Of a DNA stretch of 64,000 nt, positions 31,791 through 44,384 are shown in pieces. The DNA lies in NCBI GenBank assembly GCA_977862235.1, contig OZ374564.1, positions 1,426,001-1,490,000 of the forward strand, in the 5' to 3' direction. Under the pieces are notes generated by a model. The model did no database searches. It was not told the origin of the DNA and worked only from the letters and a program-made list of their open reading frames with translations. Source of the DNA: Dudresnaya verticillata. Its lineage: Eukaryota. The translations under genes were made by a program, and so were the position numbers. Positions within the stretch are counted from its first letter, which is position 1. The number at the start of each line of letters is the position of its first letter.

Positions 31791-34062
31791 CTAAAAGTGG
31801 TATAAAGTATCTTTCGTCGCAGACGAGTTGGCTGGGACAAACTCAGCATCGTCCTCGGCGGACTCGCGCAACGCCTCTTCATAGAGGTCGTCCTCAGTCG
31901 TCTACGGTAAACCCGCTGCAGGAGCAGGGATGGACCGCAAGGGCCCCGCCGCTACAAATGCCGTATTAATCGCGACAGCCGCCACAGGCGTGAGGGGCGA
32001 CTCAACAACCGTCTTCGCCGTCGTCGCTAGAGTCCCCGTCACAGGCGATGGAGCAACTAAAACCGCCGCAGGCGTAGAGTTCAACTCACCATTCGCCTTT
32101 GGCGCCGACCCAGAACCAACCGCCTTTGGCGTAAGCTCAGAAACCGCCCCGATCGGCGTCACATCCTCACTCACCTTTGGCGTTATTGAATCTACATCCG
32201 TCGCTGACGCAGGAGCACCTGGCTCCTTTGGATCATCGAAGACGTTATAGCAGCATTTGTTTCGCTCACCGCAGACGGCAAAGCAACCATAGCGGCTTCA
32301 GACGCTGGAACATTCGCCTTAGGTGATGGCGGCTTTCCTGCCACACCGTCTTTCGACGCAGAACCTACGACAACAGTCGGTTCCGGCGTGGACCCACCCT
32401 GGGGTGGCAAGGCAACCGCTAAGGATTAGCTCACCCACTCCGTGGGCGAGCCGCTCAAACCGCTAGTAGCGACGTAGGCAGTCTGCAATAACGCGAGGAC
32501 TGTACGACGCTGTTTTTTGGTCCAGACCGGCACGCCGGGAGCCTTCCCAAAACCGTCTACGACGCTTGATGTTCCGCCTTCTGGCACTACAATTGGGGGT
32601 GGCTCCGACACTGGCACAGCCATAATGACGTCACCCTCGTCGTCAGCAACGGGCGCCGCAAGGTCCAAGGGCGAAACAGCTGATACACCAGTTCACGCAA
32701 CACCCGCCGCACAAGGCTCCGTGCGCAACGTCGTGGACGGGGAAGCAGCTCCAGCAACGGACTCAACCGCCATAGGCGTAGCAATAGCCGTCCGAGACGA
32801 GTTACCCGGTCCGCGGTGGCGTGAAAAGCATCCTCTTCCGCTATCAAGGCGCTCAAAAGAGGAGGGAAAGCACCGACAAAGTCGCAGTTCTTATGCGAAC
32901 CACGCGTGTGATTACCCGGCGTGAAGCGATCAGTCTTGCGATGGCTTTCCGTTATGTTCTTCGTCGTGCAACGTTTTGTCCAAGGGTTATACCAAATCCA
33001 ATCGCCACAGGCGGAATGAGTACGACTCATCGCGTAACGCGGACGATTCGCCTTACGGCGATTGTTGGATAATGGCACGGCAACCGGGTCGTTGCAATCA
33101 ATACCATCTGCAACAGCGCGCAAGTCCCAGAACTCCTGGCAGTTCCGTGAACTACCGCGTATTTCGACTAAGTCGAGGCCACCAAGAAGGGCGACCACAC
33201 GACGGCGGAAAGTGGTACATACGGAAGGTGTCATACACCTCCCATAACCAATTGTATACTACGTTGGCCACCCACTCAGTGCAGAACGCTACCCAATATC
33301 TCGAATACGGGTCTGTCATCAGTTCGGAACCAAGATATGTGACACACGGGGGACTTCTGCTGCGAAACCTTCGCATATCTCGAACTCATGCCACACAGGC
33401 GGCACCTTCACAAAACAGTGGGGTAACTTACTTCGCTCAATGGGGTCGACCTGCATGTCCTTATAAGGTACAAACACGCCCTTTCGGCGACGCATTTCAC
33501 ATTCCGAACGGATACAACGCTCCCAAAAGAACGTACCCGTTCGATGCAGATAACGAAAATGCACTTTCAAGCTTACACTTACGAGGTAAGCCTCTTGCAA
33601 AACGCGAGGCTCAATCGGCACGCTCACGTATTTGAGCGATAACGTCCCAAGACGACCAGCATATTCGGTCTCGCCGTCTGTTCGGTATTGTCACGCTTCA
33701 AAGTTGAAGACGATCGGCGTTAACGCCGACCCGGGGTAACGCGTGAATCGCCGATAGACGTCCGAGACGAAACGAGCGTGGACATCCGCACGCGACTGTC
33801 CAGCTCGGACCCAAAACCATTCCGGAGGAACCGCACAGCGCAACTTCCACTCCAACGTCCAGACGACGCCAAGGGGCAGGCCCCCTGGCAAGAATCCGCT
33901 AGTAGCGTAATGAGCAACCAACTCGTTGCTGCGCAAAGCCTCCTCGTCGAGCCAGGGAGCCCGCGCGAAGAAATACGCATGATCGCGAGGATTCTTACCG
34001 ACGAAGTCGACGGGAGATGCGTATACTGGCGCGGCCAATGGTGCCGCCACCATGCATGCCAT
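31791..34062 (-). pseudogene. Degenerate antisense accessory ORF of element B, homologous to that of C
   Basis: Fragments 33691-34062, 33319-33627, 33152-33376, 32587-33234, 32426-32668, 32192-32410 and 31902-32174 join through frameshifts and stops; shares a spaced motif with 17602..19470. Confidence 0.7.
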
Positions 34063-34337
34063 TGAATACCGGAATAACGTCGAAGCCGAGGATACGTGTA
34101 GCAGTATGGCCCCGGCCAGAACAGCAAACAAAAGAAAAGGGACAGCTGTCCGGCGACACACGCTAGGGTGTGGTAGCTCGATGGAGATTGGTAGAGTCTT
34201 GAAAAGGAGACAGGCCCTGATGGCCCGAAAGGGGGATACAGAAGCGCGGTAAACACTCGGCGCGACCGACTCAGGAAATATAGAGGTTGCGAGCTGGTGT
34301 TTCGCAGAGTACTTGTCGTACGATTTCCAGGCCCGTA

Positions 34338-35111
34338 TGTAGTATAGACGTCGCGTCGATCCGATGTCTGATACTTGCTGGTCCGAAGCCGCCACACAGG
34401 CCCGTCGATGGGTAGCTGTTGGGGTTGGTAGAGCGGTGTCGGCCGCATGCGCCCCGCAGGTGCGGATCGACGGCGTCGATGCCGGAGCGCGCACGGGGCG
34501 TACCGTACGCGGGTAGGCAGCGGCCGGATCCCAGCGTCCCTGTCGAAGGGCGGCACGAAGCCGACGGAAAGGAAAAGGAAAGGGGAAAGCCTAGCGAGGC
34601 AAGGGGAAAAAGGGAAACCGCCCGCTGGCGTAAGGCAAAGGGATCGAACCCGAAAAGGCTGGGGGCAAGCTTCAGCGCGAGCTGTTGCTTGCCCGGTTTA
34701 CTGAGCCGTCGATGGCCGATGGTCTTAAATACCCTACACTATGTGCACTACGACTACTTCTACAGTAGGTGCGCCCCACAACACCAACGCGGGAGGTGTG
34801 CGAGCGCGCGCCCATACACGTGTCGACACGTCCGGGTAACGGTTACCCGTGGGCGCGCGCGGGGCGTAACGGGCAGCGGCCCTCTCAACGGCTCGATGCC
34901 GGAGAGCGTCACAGGGGCGCGCCGTGTGCGGCACGGCGCGCGGCCGCTGCCGGCAGCAATGCGGTCGACCGCTACTAATTCAACGAAAAAACTAAGGGCA
35001 CGCGGCCCAACCACGACTCGCCAGCGGGCGTCATCGTGTGCACCATTACAGTGCGGCGCTGCCAGCATACCTTACAGCCGCTGCTGATAGTGTGCTGACA
35101 GCTATACTACA
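34338..35111 (-). mobile_element. Solo LTR D (774 bp), related to the LTR of element C
   Basis: TGTAGTATAG..CTATACTACA terminal IR; TSD CCGTA (34333-34337, 35112-35116); collinear similarity to 15506-16340. Confidence 0.93.
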
Positions 35112-35705
35112 CCGTACTAGGCGACCCCTGCAGGCGCGGAGCGTCCGGAAGACCAGAAAGTGGGCAAAGCGCGAACAACTCCGCTGAGCGATTATTCTGA
35201 GGGCGCTGGCTATTCCGGCGCCCGTAAGTAGGGTTTGACAGCCGAACAGTCTATCAGCCCGAAAGGGGGTCTAAGTTAGTCTATGATTATAGTTATGTAG
35301 GTTAGTATAGTCAGTACAAAGTAAAAGTGGGAATGCGTTCCAGTTAGGGGACTTGGTGGCGGATGCGCCGGTGCCCAAGCCGAGGTCTCGGCTGCATTGT
35401 CGATACCCTGAGCGCAGGGGCGCTCCTCGTCCATGAGTAGGAGCGCGGCGGCGCGTCGTAAATCAGCCAATACGAGGCGTCCAGTTGGCGCCACTGTAAT
35501 GCCACGAGTAGCCCACGTGTGCAGAGATGAAAGGATAGCTGTCCTGATTAAGGGAAGTCTGTCCAGCAAAAAGGAGTGCCCTTCTGTAAGCCCTTCTGCT
35601 GACAGCGTCCATTCTGCCACAATACGTTAGCGCCGCTGGCGATGTATGCAAGAAGGTCAAAGCCGACTACTGTCCAACACCACTGGCGAAAGTCTCACAC
35701 ACGTA

Positions 35706-35897
35706 CGTCAAAGACGATTACTGTTCGGCGCCACAGGCGATGGAAAAAGATCTGCGTCAACGACGTTCAGTCAAAACGCCACAGGCGATACGAAAAAAGG
35801 ATTATGGTGATAACGTCGATGACGGTTTAGTCGCGGTGCCAGAAGGCGAAGGAACCTGAACGACGTCAACGACGGGAATCGGAACGCGCCAGGGGCG
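35706..35897. repeat. Four degenerate ~50-60 bp units, each with CGTC-nnn-GACG and CGCC-nnn-GGCG mini-dyads
   Basis: Seen directly, upstream of the PPT of element B. Confidence 0.65.
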
Positions 35898-36080
35898 GTC
35901 ATGTCGGAGCACCGCAAGCGACGCAACACGTAACACGATTGGAGTCAGGACGGCACAGTTGGAGGCGCAAACGCACACGCGGGCACGCCAAGACAAGGGC
36001 GCAGGAATGGACGTGGTCGAAGAGGCAGAGTGCAGCAACAAGTCGACGATCGGACGTGTTCGAGTTTTGGAAGGGGGTCG

Positions 36081-36837
36081 TGTGGTGCAAAGAGGGGTGA
36101 GCGTCTTTTTCGGTCTGAGTGCATAATAAGACGTCGAACGATGGGCAGTCCCAACAGTTGCTGGCGCGCGCGAAAACGTCACGGACAGTGGGCCCAACGG
36201 CGTGCAGACGCCGCAATCGTGCACGGACATGGCGGCTCAAGCACTGTACGTCCGGCGCGGCAAGCATCCGGATCACCCATCAGGATGCAGGAGGTGTAAG
36301 GTGCGCATCTGTAAGTATGGCCCAGATCCGGATTGGATCTGGATCGGACATCGGGATTACCCATCTGGATCCGTTACAATCTAAGGCATGCGCCTGTAAT
36401 GACCACGGGCCAGCAATACTGGCAGGAATCGGGATCCAGATCCGGATCACCTCTAACGGTACGCGCGCGCACCTGTAAGATACTCGTTATGCGCGCCGAC
36501 GCCTGTACACTACGCCTTACCAGACCTTGAGGTAAACTCCCGGCAAGCCAGCCCTGGTCCAGACGACCCTTCACGCGCTACGCGTACCTACTCGGTAGCC
36601 TTGAGGCCCAAGCGTCTGATCTACCGCGCTTCCGCGTCCGCACTGCGTCCACGTCGAGCTTCCTTTTGCCCTCTTTTTTCCCTTTTGTTCTCTTGTTTTC
36701 CCTTTTACCGCCCAGGGCGTTTACAGTCCGCCCCCGGCGAGTTCCCTTAGTTCTACCACCCTACCCGCTTCCAGCGCCTACCCACCGGGAGCGAACTTGC
36801 CGGAGGTGCTACTCGTTTCTAGACGGTTTGCGCCGCA
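36081..36837 (+). repeat. LTR (757 bp), probable 3' LTR of element B; same family as the LTR of A
   Basis: PPT GGAAGGGGG just upstream; TGTGGTGCAAA..TTTGCGCCGCA ends; no PBS after it. Confidence 0.8.
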
Positions 36838-37469
36838 TTCGCGAATAATTCGCGAATAGGCCACGGCCTAAGCTATAAATTTCCAGAGCTCTACTTTCGA
36901 GATCTGAACTTCTCAGGTCTCAACCTGAATTTTCCAAAACGCCTTCAGTCTGAGCTGGAGACTTTTGCAGCAGATTCAGGTCGCTGCAATATCCTTGCAG
37001 CATACGTTGAAACTGTCACAGTCAAGAAATTCGCGTTGCCCATCGCGTCGCTAGCCCCAGGAATTCACACATTGACAATTCAATTGTCCTAACATTCATA
37101 CAACTAGCCTCTCGGTCGCAAGTCGGGGCAGTAAATTCCCTCCCGTGAGCGAGACAAACGCTCTCACTATCCTCGTGTATGTTCATCCCTCGATATGGAA
37201 TTATGTATCACATGGTTCGAAGCATTTATTGTCACATTGGTTCTGCGTTTGAGTGTGGTATTCAACGGATTTTCTCCTTTCTAGAACCCAAATCTATGTC
37301 TCAGTATTATCAAGTTATTTGAAGCTTGTTTCTTCACAACTACAATGTGGACATGCAAAGAGAAAATACATTAGCACAGCATAACATAGATTTGCATCAT
37401 ATATATCTTGGATACTATACAAACCATAGTCAGTAAAGGGATACGGGCGAAGTGAGGCAGAATGTTTTC

Positions 37470-38121
37470 CTAGACGCACAAAGAGAACGTGTAAGCAACT
37501 GAAAGCAGGTAGGTGCCGATTTCAGAAACCGGACGGTTTCTCTTTTCGGGGACCTGAACCCCTTTTTCCTCGTACGGGCAGGCAAACTCTCGTATCTTCT
37601 GGAAACCCTGTACAATATCCTTCAATGCATCCGCGAATTTCTCCTTCGTCTTCCCAAAGGGTCTGTAGACCTTTGCTGACTTCCTGTGCATAGCTTTGCA
37701 AAATGGTATCAAATCTCTGGTACTTCTAACTGAGGCACTGGAGAGTGGAGGGAAGTGTACAATGAAAGGACGAAGAGGTGGTCTCCGGAAGTGAAAGGCG
37801 TACTTCTCTTCACATCGAATAGCGTGGTACCAGTCTTTGAGAGTGTACACAAAGAACCTGCGGAATACCTTTATATGTGAGGTAGAAAGAGGTCGATAGC
37901 CTAGACAATGTTGACAATTATCATGTTGTTAGGGTCATTGGATTTCGAGGTTCGACAGTGAAGACAGGAATTAACAACGTACAGCCATCATAATAGTAGA
38001 AACTCTGCCCCACAAGGGTCTCGTTGAATGGAGCCCGTTGTATAGAGCATGAATTGGATGAGCCAAGAGCTGTAGAGAAAAGGACGGTTGTGAGAGCCAC
38101 AGACTTGAAAAGATACCTCAT
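37470..38121 (-). CDS. Putative secreted protein of unknown function, spliced (intron 37901-37982; 3' end uncertain)
   Basis: Signal-peptide-like MRYLFKSVALTTVLFSTALG. An 82-nt intron GTACGT..CTAAC..TAG joins exon 1 in frame to ORF 37470..37850. Further branch/acceptor motifs downstream suggest more exons. Confidence 0.6.
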
Positions 38122-38231
38122 GACCCGAACAAATATCGCTTGTGTTCTCTCTGAAGGATGAGGGTGATATTCGGGTTGACAATCGAAAAGACTGTCTCTA
38201 TGTAGTATCGGATTCTTATATGGACTTTTCG

Positions 38232-38286
38232 TGGAGCCCCCGCACTCCGGGGTTGGTCCCACCAACCCCGGAGTGCGGGGGCTCCA
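38232..38286. repeat. Perfect 26-bp stem / 3-nt loop palindrome
   Basis: TGGAGCCCCCGCACTCCGGGGTTGGT-CCC-ACCAACCCCGGAGTGCGGGGGCTCCA. Confidence 0.97.
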
Positions 38287-38599
38287 AGACAAGCTGGTAC
38301 TGTAGCAAAAAACAAAAAGGTCGCTCTCCTAAGCGATGGGCTCGGAGACGACGGTGGAAGGCGAAATATTGGATACGGAAAGGTTACAAGGGGGCATGTT
38401 TCTGTATATGTCTATGTGCGTTAAGGCAGAATGTTTGGATTCTGAAATTTGTTGGGACTACAGTATCGGGCCTACTTGCGGAAATCAAATCAAGTGTACC
38501 GCCAGTGTAACAAGAAAGCGCTTCTCGGACATGATTTATGAAGTTCAGTACCAGTTACTGGCATATGGTCAAGCTGCATTGCTCGGAAAACATAGTTGC

Positions 38600-38629
38600 G
38601 AGGAGGAGGAGGAGGAGGAGGAGGAGGAG
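38600..38629. repeat. (GAG)10 microsatellite
   Basis: Seen directly. Confidence 0.95.
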
Positions 38630-39577
38630 GCTCTGTTGTCTGTGGAGTAGGATCCATTTGCAGTACAGTAGTCCGAGAAAGCGTTGTAACGCCCTGCGCT
38701 ATAAGCGCATCCTTCCGCTCTACGAGCGAAGGAGAGAGCGTACTAGAACCTATCTGGTCTAGTCGTCTGTGAGCCGTTGGAGTAGCCCAGCACAGGGTGA
38801 AAGGTCGCAGGTTCGAGTCTCCGAGCGGGAGGCTCGAGCTCTTTTTCCTGACGCGACGCTGCGACTCCGAAACTCGCTACAGCGTGAAAGTGATAGGCTC
38901 ATAGTGAAAGGTATGGTTTGCAGCGCATGCTTTCCATTATACCGAACACGATACTTGCCCCATTCAGAAGCTGTTCTTCGTCTCAGCGGCTTTCTAATTG
39001 TCTTGAAGGGTTTCAACAGCTACCCACTTGCGTTTTTGCTTTCCTTGAAGCTGTAGCAGTATCTACATGGAGGATCGGAAAGTATGTAAATGTGAACAAA
39101 CTCCGCGATGAGAACGTGCAGGACTTGCAATCGAAGCAATTACGAGCAGGACTTGCAGTCGAAGTAATTACGTGCACTGTGTCCCAATTGGCTGGAGATA
39201 TAGACTCGATATGTTGATGTGAATAGCTGGCGATACCGTCATTACTGCTTCCATCACGAGAATAAAGTGCATCTCTCTCCATCACGAGCATTAACGTTGC
39301 GTTTTTCCTGTAAAGAGGATAAACGATCTCTTCATTGCTGCAAAATAGCAGAGATTGTATTCAAGCAGGCGACGTGCCGCTCAGAACAGGACTGTGACCA
39401 AGGGAACTTGACGCTACCCGGCGATGAAATTGGTAAGGAAATCAAAGCAGAACCTCCACTCCCCATCTGCCTGCTTCAGATAACTGAGGAGACGAACTGT
39501 AAACTGAGGTGTTCAGCACCATACAATACCATACTAAAGAAGAACATAAAAATCTGATGGTGAGATCCGCGCGGCAG

Positions 39578-39869
39578 TGTCAGAATGAGTCGGATACAGC
39601 AGTATCCTTATCAGCACGATGACTCAGATGCAAATGCATTATGAAGTTGACTTCATATCTATATATCGAATACAAAGTATTTGATATGTAACACTACAAA
39701 CAACAAATATTGTTGTATCCTTGTACTATCTACAGCTACTGACTTTTACACTGCACTTCATGTTTATTGTAGCTTGGAAAACTATTCAGATGCATATAAA
39801 TGGATCAGAGACTAGCAAATCTATGAGATCCAAGACAGAACAAGTAAAAGCGTCACCATTTTTCAGAAA
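39578..39869 (+). repeat. Copia 5' LTR (TG..AA)
   Basis: About 3 differences from the reconstructed 3' LTR seen by eye. Confidence 0.95.
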
Positions 39870-39883
39870 GGTTATGGGCCCAG
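39870..39883 (+). other. Copia-type PBS GGTTATGGGCCCAG (internal half of initiator tRNA-Met)
   Basis: Same motif as the Drosophila copia PBS; directly abuts the LTR. Confidence 0.9.
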
Positions 39884-39931
39884 ACGCAAGCCTCTAGCAT
39901 ACTTGGTTTACGAAACTGAAATACTGAAGAA

Positions 39932-42900
39932 ATGTCTGAACATGCGGAGAAGGTCCGAATCAAGCCAGTTGATGAGAAAGACGACTACCGTCTTTGGCGA
40001 ATTCGTATCTCGGCGGCATGCGACAGTAAGGGGATCGAAGAAGTTCTCTCTCACGAAAAATGGACAAGCGAGTGTACCACTACTCAAGACAAGTTCAACG
40101 CCGATCAGAAGAAAGCCAGTAATATTATTGTGGCTTCGCTCTCCGATAAGGCCCTTCGTGTGGTTCGTGCTGAAATTGGTAAACCTTTTAGGATGATACA
40201 GAAACTGGATGAAAGGTACGATTCTAAATCCGCAGCATCAAGAATCTCCAAAATGACCGAGTTGATCGGTATGCGATATGAAAGTATCACGAAAAGTATG
40301 GCCTCTCACATAGATCAGATGGCAGCAGTTCTTGAGCAACTAAAAAGCATGCGGAACCCGATTCCTGATGAATTGTCCATTGCATTACTTGTTTCTTCCA
40401 TTAAAGCACCGGAGCTATATGCGGTCGCGGCTGCAGTCAAAACACTATCAGATGAATCTATGTCTTGGGAAAAGATTACTGCAAGATTATTGGAAGAACA
40501 TCAGAGCCTGGCAGGACAGATAAAAATCAAGGAGCGTGTATCACAAATGCAGAAAAGCTGTGAACTCTGCAAGAAGAAGGGACATACCATTGATAAGTGT
40601 TGGTTAAATCCAAATAATCCACAGAATAGACTTAATATCAATACGGACGATTCTAAAATACCAAAGGGAAGTGAAAAAGGATCTCACCAACAGCAGAAAT
40701 ATGATAACGAAGACAAGAAAGATAGAAGAAAGAAAAGGGCCGCCGTGGCTCGAGGGAACTTGGCCAACTCCCAAAAGGAAAAGCTGATGATGCTGGATTC
40801 TGGGACAAGTACTCACATGACTAATGACGTACTATCAGTGAACGATACAGCCATCTGCAAAGTTCCAATCTCTCTAGGAGACGACTCGGAGATTACAGCG
40901 ACCCATAGAGGATCTAGCAAAGTATTGTGGAAATCTAACGGCATCGAAACGGAAGTCAAACTTTCAGACACACTGGTCGCACCGAAGCTTGCCATGCCGC
41001 TACAATCTATACCAGCATTGACAGAAAAGGGTTTTTGCGTTCTTTTCCTGCCGGAAAGAGCAATTATTTTGGATATAGAAGATAACCTCCGGGAAATTGG
41101 ATCAGCATTCAAAGCAGCAGATGGACTATTTTATATTCCTATGGACGATACATCGTGCAAAAAGTACTGTACAAGGAATGAAAAGCCTCTCACTCAGGCC
41201 ATGCGAGCCGTAGTTAGAAGCCATGTCACACTGTCAGATGACATATCAGATACTGAATCAGATGCTGACGATATGCCAGAGTTGTGGAGCTCTGAGGACG
41301 GTAATGAATCCGAAAGCGACGACTTTGATTACAATTCGGATTGTGATTCTGAGACAGAAAGCGACTTCGACGCTGCATCTGAGACTATAAGTCTCACAGA
41401 CATATCCTCCGTCCCAATTTTAGAAACCACTTCTCAGCAGACTGGCAACTCAAGTGTGCAGAAATGGCACTACCGATTAGGTCATCTCGGGAACACAAAA
41501 GATATTGAATCCCTTATCAAGAGTGGAGTGCTACCGCAGCTCTCCAAGAAAAATTTACCATGTGAACCATGCCTAAAAGGGAAATTTAAGCGCTTCTTTA
41601 AAGGTAAGATTACAAGAGCAGAGAAGCCTGGTTTTATTCATGTCGATTTAGTCGGAAAGGTTGACCCTAAGTCTGTTGAGGGATATCAATATTTTATGAC
41701 AGTCATTGATGAAATGTCACGATATGTAGAAGTTTATCTAATGGAACGCAAGTCAGAGGCATCTGAATTACTGATCAACTTCATGAAAACATTCGAGAGA
41801 CAGACAGGAGAACTCTTGAAGTCTTTGCATACAGATGGCGGGTCAGAATTTCTGAAAGCTGCGAAAATGTTTCAAGATGAAGGTATTACTGTATCTACCT
41901 CTACTCCTTATACGCCACAATCCAATGGCTTAGTAGAAAGAACACAAAGCATTCTGCTATCAGCAGCTCGTACATGCTTGATTCAGTCTAAATTGCCACT
42001 TGAGTACTGGTCTTATGCAATTCAGCACGTATCACAGGCCAGAAATATTGTGACACATTCAGTAACAAAATCGTCACCTTATGTTAGCTTATTCAACTCC
42101 TGCTCCTGCACCTTATGCAAAACATATAAGGCCTTTTGGCTGCCGAGCTATTGTTCAACCTGTAGTGAAGAAGCAGAAGAAATTTGCGGCACGATTAACA
42201 GAGGGAATTAATCTCGGACACATTAATGGTGGAAGGTATAAGGTGCTAACCGGTACGAAAGTAATAATAAGTAAGCATGTACGTTTCAAGGAATTAGAAT
42301 TCCCCGGGCTGGACCTATTTAAGACTGCAAATACAGTGCCGAATCAGGCAGACAGTAACACAGACTACGCTACATCTTCCGAGAGCTCTGAATTAGATGG
42401 TCGCACGGAAGAAGAAAAGTCGACTGAAGAAGACTCCGATTCAGAAGCTTTCAAGGAACGCAACACAGAATCTGACTTAGAAATAACACCGCAGGTCACA
42501 GATAACTACAAACCAACTGTTATCTGGCTTGACGACTTATCATATATTCCAGAGCATCCATCAACGTATCGGGTGGAAGAAGAAAATGATACAAGCCACG
42601 GGTACAACTTGCGGCCTCGTAGCAACAAGGCTATGCCTAAATCTATAACCACCGAAGACGAACCCCCGCTTAAAACTGCTCTAGGATCAGCTGAAGCAGA
42701 CTTCTGGAAGGAAGCCATAAATGAAGAATTCAACACAGTCATAAAGGCTGGAACGTACCAAGAAGAGGATAGGCCTCCACGAAGGGCTATCGCATCTGGT
42801 ATTGTACTCAGACTGAAAAGAGATAACAATGGCCGGCCTGCACGCTTTAAAACAAGGCTAGTGGCACGCGGAAATATGCAAGCAGTTGATGAATCTGCAT

Positions 42901-44237
42901 ATGAAAGTAGATATGCACCGGTAGCATCTTTTGACCTGGTGCGAATTCTGCTGGCTCTATCAGTAATGTTTCAATGGGTACGTCATCAAGTGGACGTGAA
43001 GGGTGCCTTTTTGTACTCGCTACTACCGAAGGATACGGATATCTGGCTCAAGCTTCCTAACATAGATGGCGTTAAAGATGCAGATGGAAGAATACTGAAG
43101 CTCCGAAAGTCACTTTATGGACTTAGACAGGCACCTAAGCTTTTGTATAAAACATTGCGGTCAACCTTGCAGAAGATAGGATTTGAACATCTATCATGCA
43201 GTGAATGTCTCTTCCGATTGCATTCAAAGACTTCACAAGTAATATTGGTGGCATATGTGGATGACCTTGCCCTATTTGGTGACGAAGGCCTCATCCAAAC
43301 CGTTAAGAAGAAACTTCAAGGGTACTTTACAATCACGGATCTGGGTCCGCTAAGTCACTTTCTTGGTGTTTCCATCACTGAAAAAGAATGTGGTGATATA
43401 ATTATGACGCAGCGTCCATTGATCGAAAAACTTCTCAATGACACGAACATGACTAATTGTAATTCATCACCAACCCCACTACCGTCAAGTCATGTACTCT
43501 ACGATCCAAGGACAATGCGAACAGCAGAAGAGGAATTGCAAATGGAAGCAGTACCCTTTTCCAGCGTGCTGGGAACTCTACTCCACTTAAGTACCAGGAC
43601 AAGGCCTGATATCGCAACAGTAGTATCTATGTTGGGGAAATTCAGCGCTTCACCGAAGCCAGTACATTGGAAAGCCCTCAAACATGTACTCAGATACCTG
43701 AAAGGAACTGTAGATTACGGAATATCCTACCGTAACAGCGATGTACTCTTGGAAGCATGGAGTGATGCAGATTGGGCTCGGGAACAAGATAGTAGACGAT
43801 CAAGGTCAGGCATTGTTTTAACAATTGGGGAAAACCCAGTAATTTGGAGCTCTAAGTTGCAACAGTCAGTTGCAGTCTCAACCCCTGAGGCAGAGTTTTA
43901 TGCTCTCGCAGATTGTCTGAAACTGGTGAAATGGTGCCGACAGGTCCTCACTGAGCTAGATATTACTATACAATTGCCCATTACGATTCATCAAGATAAC
44001 CTAGGCACTATTCGATGGACCAACGATGTCCAAGGACTTAGAAATGTTAAGCACATTGGAATTCGCTACTCATTCGTCAAAGCAGTGGACAAAAATGAAG
44101 TTCAAGTGATATACACTCCGTCAGAATCAAACAAGGCAGATTCTATGACCAAGTCGCTCGTAGGATCAAGTTTTCAAATTCACCGAGATAGACTACAAGT
44201 CGAGTCTTCGTCTTCGCGAGGGGGAATGTCAGAATGA
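39932..44237 (+). CDS. Copia Gag-Pol with one frameshift near 42095
   Basis: CELCKKKGHTIDKC, LDSGTSTHM, WHYRLGH..CEPC, IHVDLVG, TDGGSEF, NGLVER, DVKGAFL, YVDDL, SDADWA, ADSMTKSL; PPT GAGGGGGAA before 44227. Confidence 0.95.
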
Positions 44238-44384
44238 GTCGGATACAGCAGTATCCTTATCAGCACGATGACTCGGATGCAAATGCATTATGAAGTTGAC
44301 TTCATATCTATATATCGAATACAAAGTATTTGATATGTAACACTACAAACAACAAATATTGTTGTATCCTTGTACTATCTACAG

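Larger units (their letters stand above)
11215..36837 (+). mobile_element. Decayed Ty3/Gypsy chromodomain element B (host of insertions C and D); 5' LTR not in view
   Basis: Collinear gag knuckle, protease, RT, RNase H, integrase (split by C), chromodomain, long 3' region, PPT and LTR 36081-36837. Assignment of that LTR to B is by orientation and position. Confidence 0.75.

Noticed and set aside
38336..38650. 104-aa ORF with poly-Glu
   Set aside because: Poly-Glu comes from a microsatellite; no other support.
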